Source of the DNA: Geopsychrobacteraceae bacterium
GTDB taxonomy: Bacteria > Desulfobacterota > Desulfuromonadia > Desulfuromonadales > Geopsychrobacteraceae
Length of the DNA: 64,000 bases
Reading direction: 5' to 3'
Assembly: GCA_963676795.2 (NCBI GenBank)
Contig: CAXXTB010000002.1
Span: 1,024,001-1,088,000, forward strand
In this document: piece after piece, positions 58,499-64,000 of the stretch
Position numbering within the stretch: the first letter of the stretch is position 1
How the letters are laid out: each line of letters starts with the position of its first letter
Position numbers and translations under genes: made by a program
Notes under the pieces: model-generated
Database searches by the model: none
Told to the model about the DNA's origin: nothing
Seen by the model: only the letters and a program-made list of their open reading frames with translations

Positions 58499-58762
58499 GG
58501 ACAATACCTCAGGGTTAGTGTTGTTTAGCCAACGGATAGTTGAATATAGCATATTTCATTCAGGGAGATTTTTATCCTGTTAGATTTTTATTCGGACTTT
58601 CTAATCCTTCCTGGGGCAGGCAACTCTGGTTGACCGGCCGCTTTCGCCGATGGTAGAATCCGCTCCATGATTCTGCAATGAATCCTAAGTCGTCAAAATG
58701 TTCCGGCTGCTCGCCGTGCAGTGCTTTCAGTCAATAAAAACAAATAGTGATTACAGATAATT

Positions 58763-62233
<3,471 letters not shown>

Positions 62234-62352
62234 TTTTCCTGCGCTTGTTTCGGGTTCCCCTTGACGAAGAGAGGGGGAAGGCTTATTTTACGGCCTTATT
62301 TTCTCTTCAACGATAATATCCGCCATCCGCTATGCCGGACGGCAGGGAGCAA

Positions 62353-63312
62353 ATGATGAATCAATATCTCGATTTTGAAAAGCCGATCGCCGATCTGGAA
62401 GCAAAAATCGGTGAACTGCGTGATTACTCGACCGACAGTGTCGATTTCACCAGCGAGATCGCCAAGCTCGAGAAAAAAGCCGATAAACTGAAAAAAGAGA
62501 TCTATACCGGTTTGACCAGATGGCAGAGAACCCAGCTGGCAAGGCATATCAACCGTCCCTATACCCTGGACTATGTCGACCGAATCTTCACCAACTGGTT
62601 TGAGATTCACGGCGATCGGAACTTTCGCGACGATCCTGCCCTGGTCTGCGGTTTTGCCCGCATCGATGGCAAGCCCTGTTGTGTCATCGGCCACCAGAAA
62701 GGGCGCAATACCAAGGAGAAGGTTTACCGCAATTTCGGCATGCCGAATCCGGAAGGCTATCGTAAGGCGCTGCGCACCATGCAGATGGCGGAACAGTTCA
62801 ATCTGCCGATCTTTACCTTTGTCGATACCCCGGGCGCCTTTCCCGGTATTGGTGCCGAAGAGCGCGGCCAGGCCGAAGCGATCGCCCGTAATTTAAGGGA
62901 AATGGCCATGCTGCGTGTTCCTGTCGTGACGACAATCACCGGCGAGGGTGGCTCGGGCGGGGCTCTGGCCATTGCTGTCGGCAACCGGGTGATGATGATG
63001 GAAAACTCTGTCTACTCGGTTATCTCCCCGGAAGGCTGTGCTGCCATCCTGTGGAAAGACGGCAGTAAGTCGGATCAGGCTGCCGATGCCCTGAAGCTGA
63101 CGGCTCATGATGTCATGAGTCTCAAGACGGTCATCGATGAAGTTGTTCCCGAGCCGCTCGGGGGCGCGAACCAGAATCATGACGAAGCCGCCGCTATCCT
63201 GAAAACCTACCTGCTGAAACATCTGGCAGAGCTTGAGGAATACTCTCCCGAGGGGCTGATCGAACAACGCTATCAGCGTTTCCGTGCCATGACCGAAGTG
63301 CAGGAACTGTAG
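62353..63312 (+). CDS. accA: Acetyl-CoA carboxylase carboxyltransferase alpha subunit
   Basis: [58 protein letters not shown]. Confidence 0.96.
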   Translation: MMNQYLDFEKPIADLEAKIGELRDYSTDSVDFTSEIAKLEKKADKLKKEIYTGLTRWQRTQLARHINRPYTLDYVDRIFTNWFEIHGDRNFRDDPALVCGFARIDGKPCCVIGHQKGRNTKEKVYRNFGMPNPEGYRKALRTMQMAEQFNLPIFTFVDTPGAFPGIGAEERGQAEAIARNLREMAMLRVPVVTTITGEGGSGGALAIAVGNRVMMMENSVYSVISPEGCAAILWKDGSKSDQAADALKLTAHDVMSLKTVIDEVVPEPLGGANQNHDEAAAILKTYLLKHLAELEEYSPEGLIEQRYQRFRAMTEVQEL

Positions 63313-63317
63313 CGGAA

Positions 63318-64000
63318 ATGTCTGTCACTGTGATGCGCCTGGCGCTCTCTTTCCTTGCACTTCTGGTTTTGCTTGTTCTCTACGGCTGTGGCGGGCACAC
63401 CACCAGGGTTATCGATACCCCTGACACCCGCGAATTGAAGGGATGGCAGAAGCCTTACGAGGTTGACGGGCAGCGCTATGACCCGCTGCGCGACCACAGC
63501 GGCTTCAGCGAACGTGGTATCGCCAGCTGGTATGGACGCGACTTTCACGGCAAAAAAACCAGCAATGGCGAAATATACGATATGCATGCCATGACTGCAG
63601 CCCATAAGACCCTGCCCCTTGGTGTCTATGTCCGGGTCAAACGGCTCGATAACGGTCGGGAGATCGTCGTCCGGGTCAACGATCGGGGCCCTTTTGTCGC
63701 CGGCCGGATTATCGATCTTTCCTATGCGGCTGCGCAGAAGCTGGGTATTGCCGAGATCGGTACGACCCCTGTGCAGATCGTGGCCCTCGGCTATCGTGAG
63801 GGAGAGGGGGAGAACGTCACTTACGTCGCTCCACAAACCTACGATTCCGGAACCTTCGCCGTTCAGGTCGGAGCGTTTTCCAGTCAGGAAAACGCTGGCT
63901 TGCTGGCACAGCGTATGCGCCAGACCTATGGCAAAGCCGTTGTCACCAGTACCATGATGAACGGTCGGCTTCTCTATCGGGTGCGGGCCGGCATGTTTAC
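63318..64000 (+). CDS. rlpA: Septal ring lytic transglycosylase RlpA-family lipoprotein (truncated by window end)
   Basis: Lipobox LYGC; KPYEVDG, GIASWYG.DFHGKKTSNGE.YDM.AMTAAHKTLP, VRVNDRGPF, RIIDLS, start of SPOR (VQVGAFS). Not in the ORF track. Confidence 0.92.
   Translation, partial: MSVTVMRLALSFLALLVLLVLYGCGGHTTRVIDTPDTRELKGWQKPYEVDGQRYDPLRDHSGFSERGIASWYGRDFHGKKTSNGEIYDMHAMTAAHKTLPLGVYVRVKRLDNGREIVVRVNDRGPFVAGRIIDLSYAAAQKLGIAEIGTTPVQIVALGYREGEGENVTYVAPQTYDSGTFAVQVGAFSSQENAGLLAQRMRQTYGKAVVTSTMMNGRLLYRVRAGMF

Noticed and set aside
39700..58500. Discrete genomic island or prophage
   Set aside because: Gene content looks mosaic, but I saw no integrase, transposase, tRNA anchor, flanking direct repeats or phage genes.
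58499..58762. Purine riboswitch upstream of guaC
   Set aside because: No purine aptamer consensus found on the minus strand.

Overview
A gene-dense chromosomal window, most likely from a Desulfuromonadales (Desulfuromonas/Geobacter-like) bacterium. This is inferred from gene content: an sdh/frdCAB-type operon, a fur-feoB-ideR operon with a delta-type Fur box, a RomR-like regulator next to valS, and MucR. Core genes are argJ (partial), deoC-deoB, a dGTPase, valS, sdhCAB, prfB with its +1 frameshift, guaB-guaA, opgG-opgH, nifU-nifS, ilvC/ilvY, guaC, dnaE, accA and rlpA (partial). Between about 34 and 58 kb is a mosaic of accessory genes. Signals the ORF track misses or does not explain: (1) a 77-aa CxxU selenoprotein of the SelW/Rdx type with a SECIS-like hairpin (46448-46681, minus strand); (2) a c-di-GMP-I riboswitch plus terminator heading a two-gene operon for a 1190-aa repeat-rich surface protein and a lipoprotein; (3) an HTH-WYL regulator followed by a GACA-N5-TGTC palindrome in PafBC-like promoter geometry, in front of an unknown 123-aa gene and a YceF-type Maf; (4) an orphan six-gene NosL-NosL-ABC cluster with no nosZ in the window; (5) a 13-codon sORF, five helically phased GTTA repeats and a terminator upstream of an acyl-CoA dehydrogenase; (6) a sigma54-driven vWA PEP-CTERM gene. 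I saw no rRNA, tRNA, CRISPR array, integrase or transposase. All family calls come from reading motifs by eye, with no database search.
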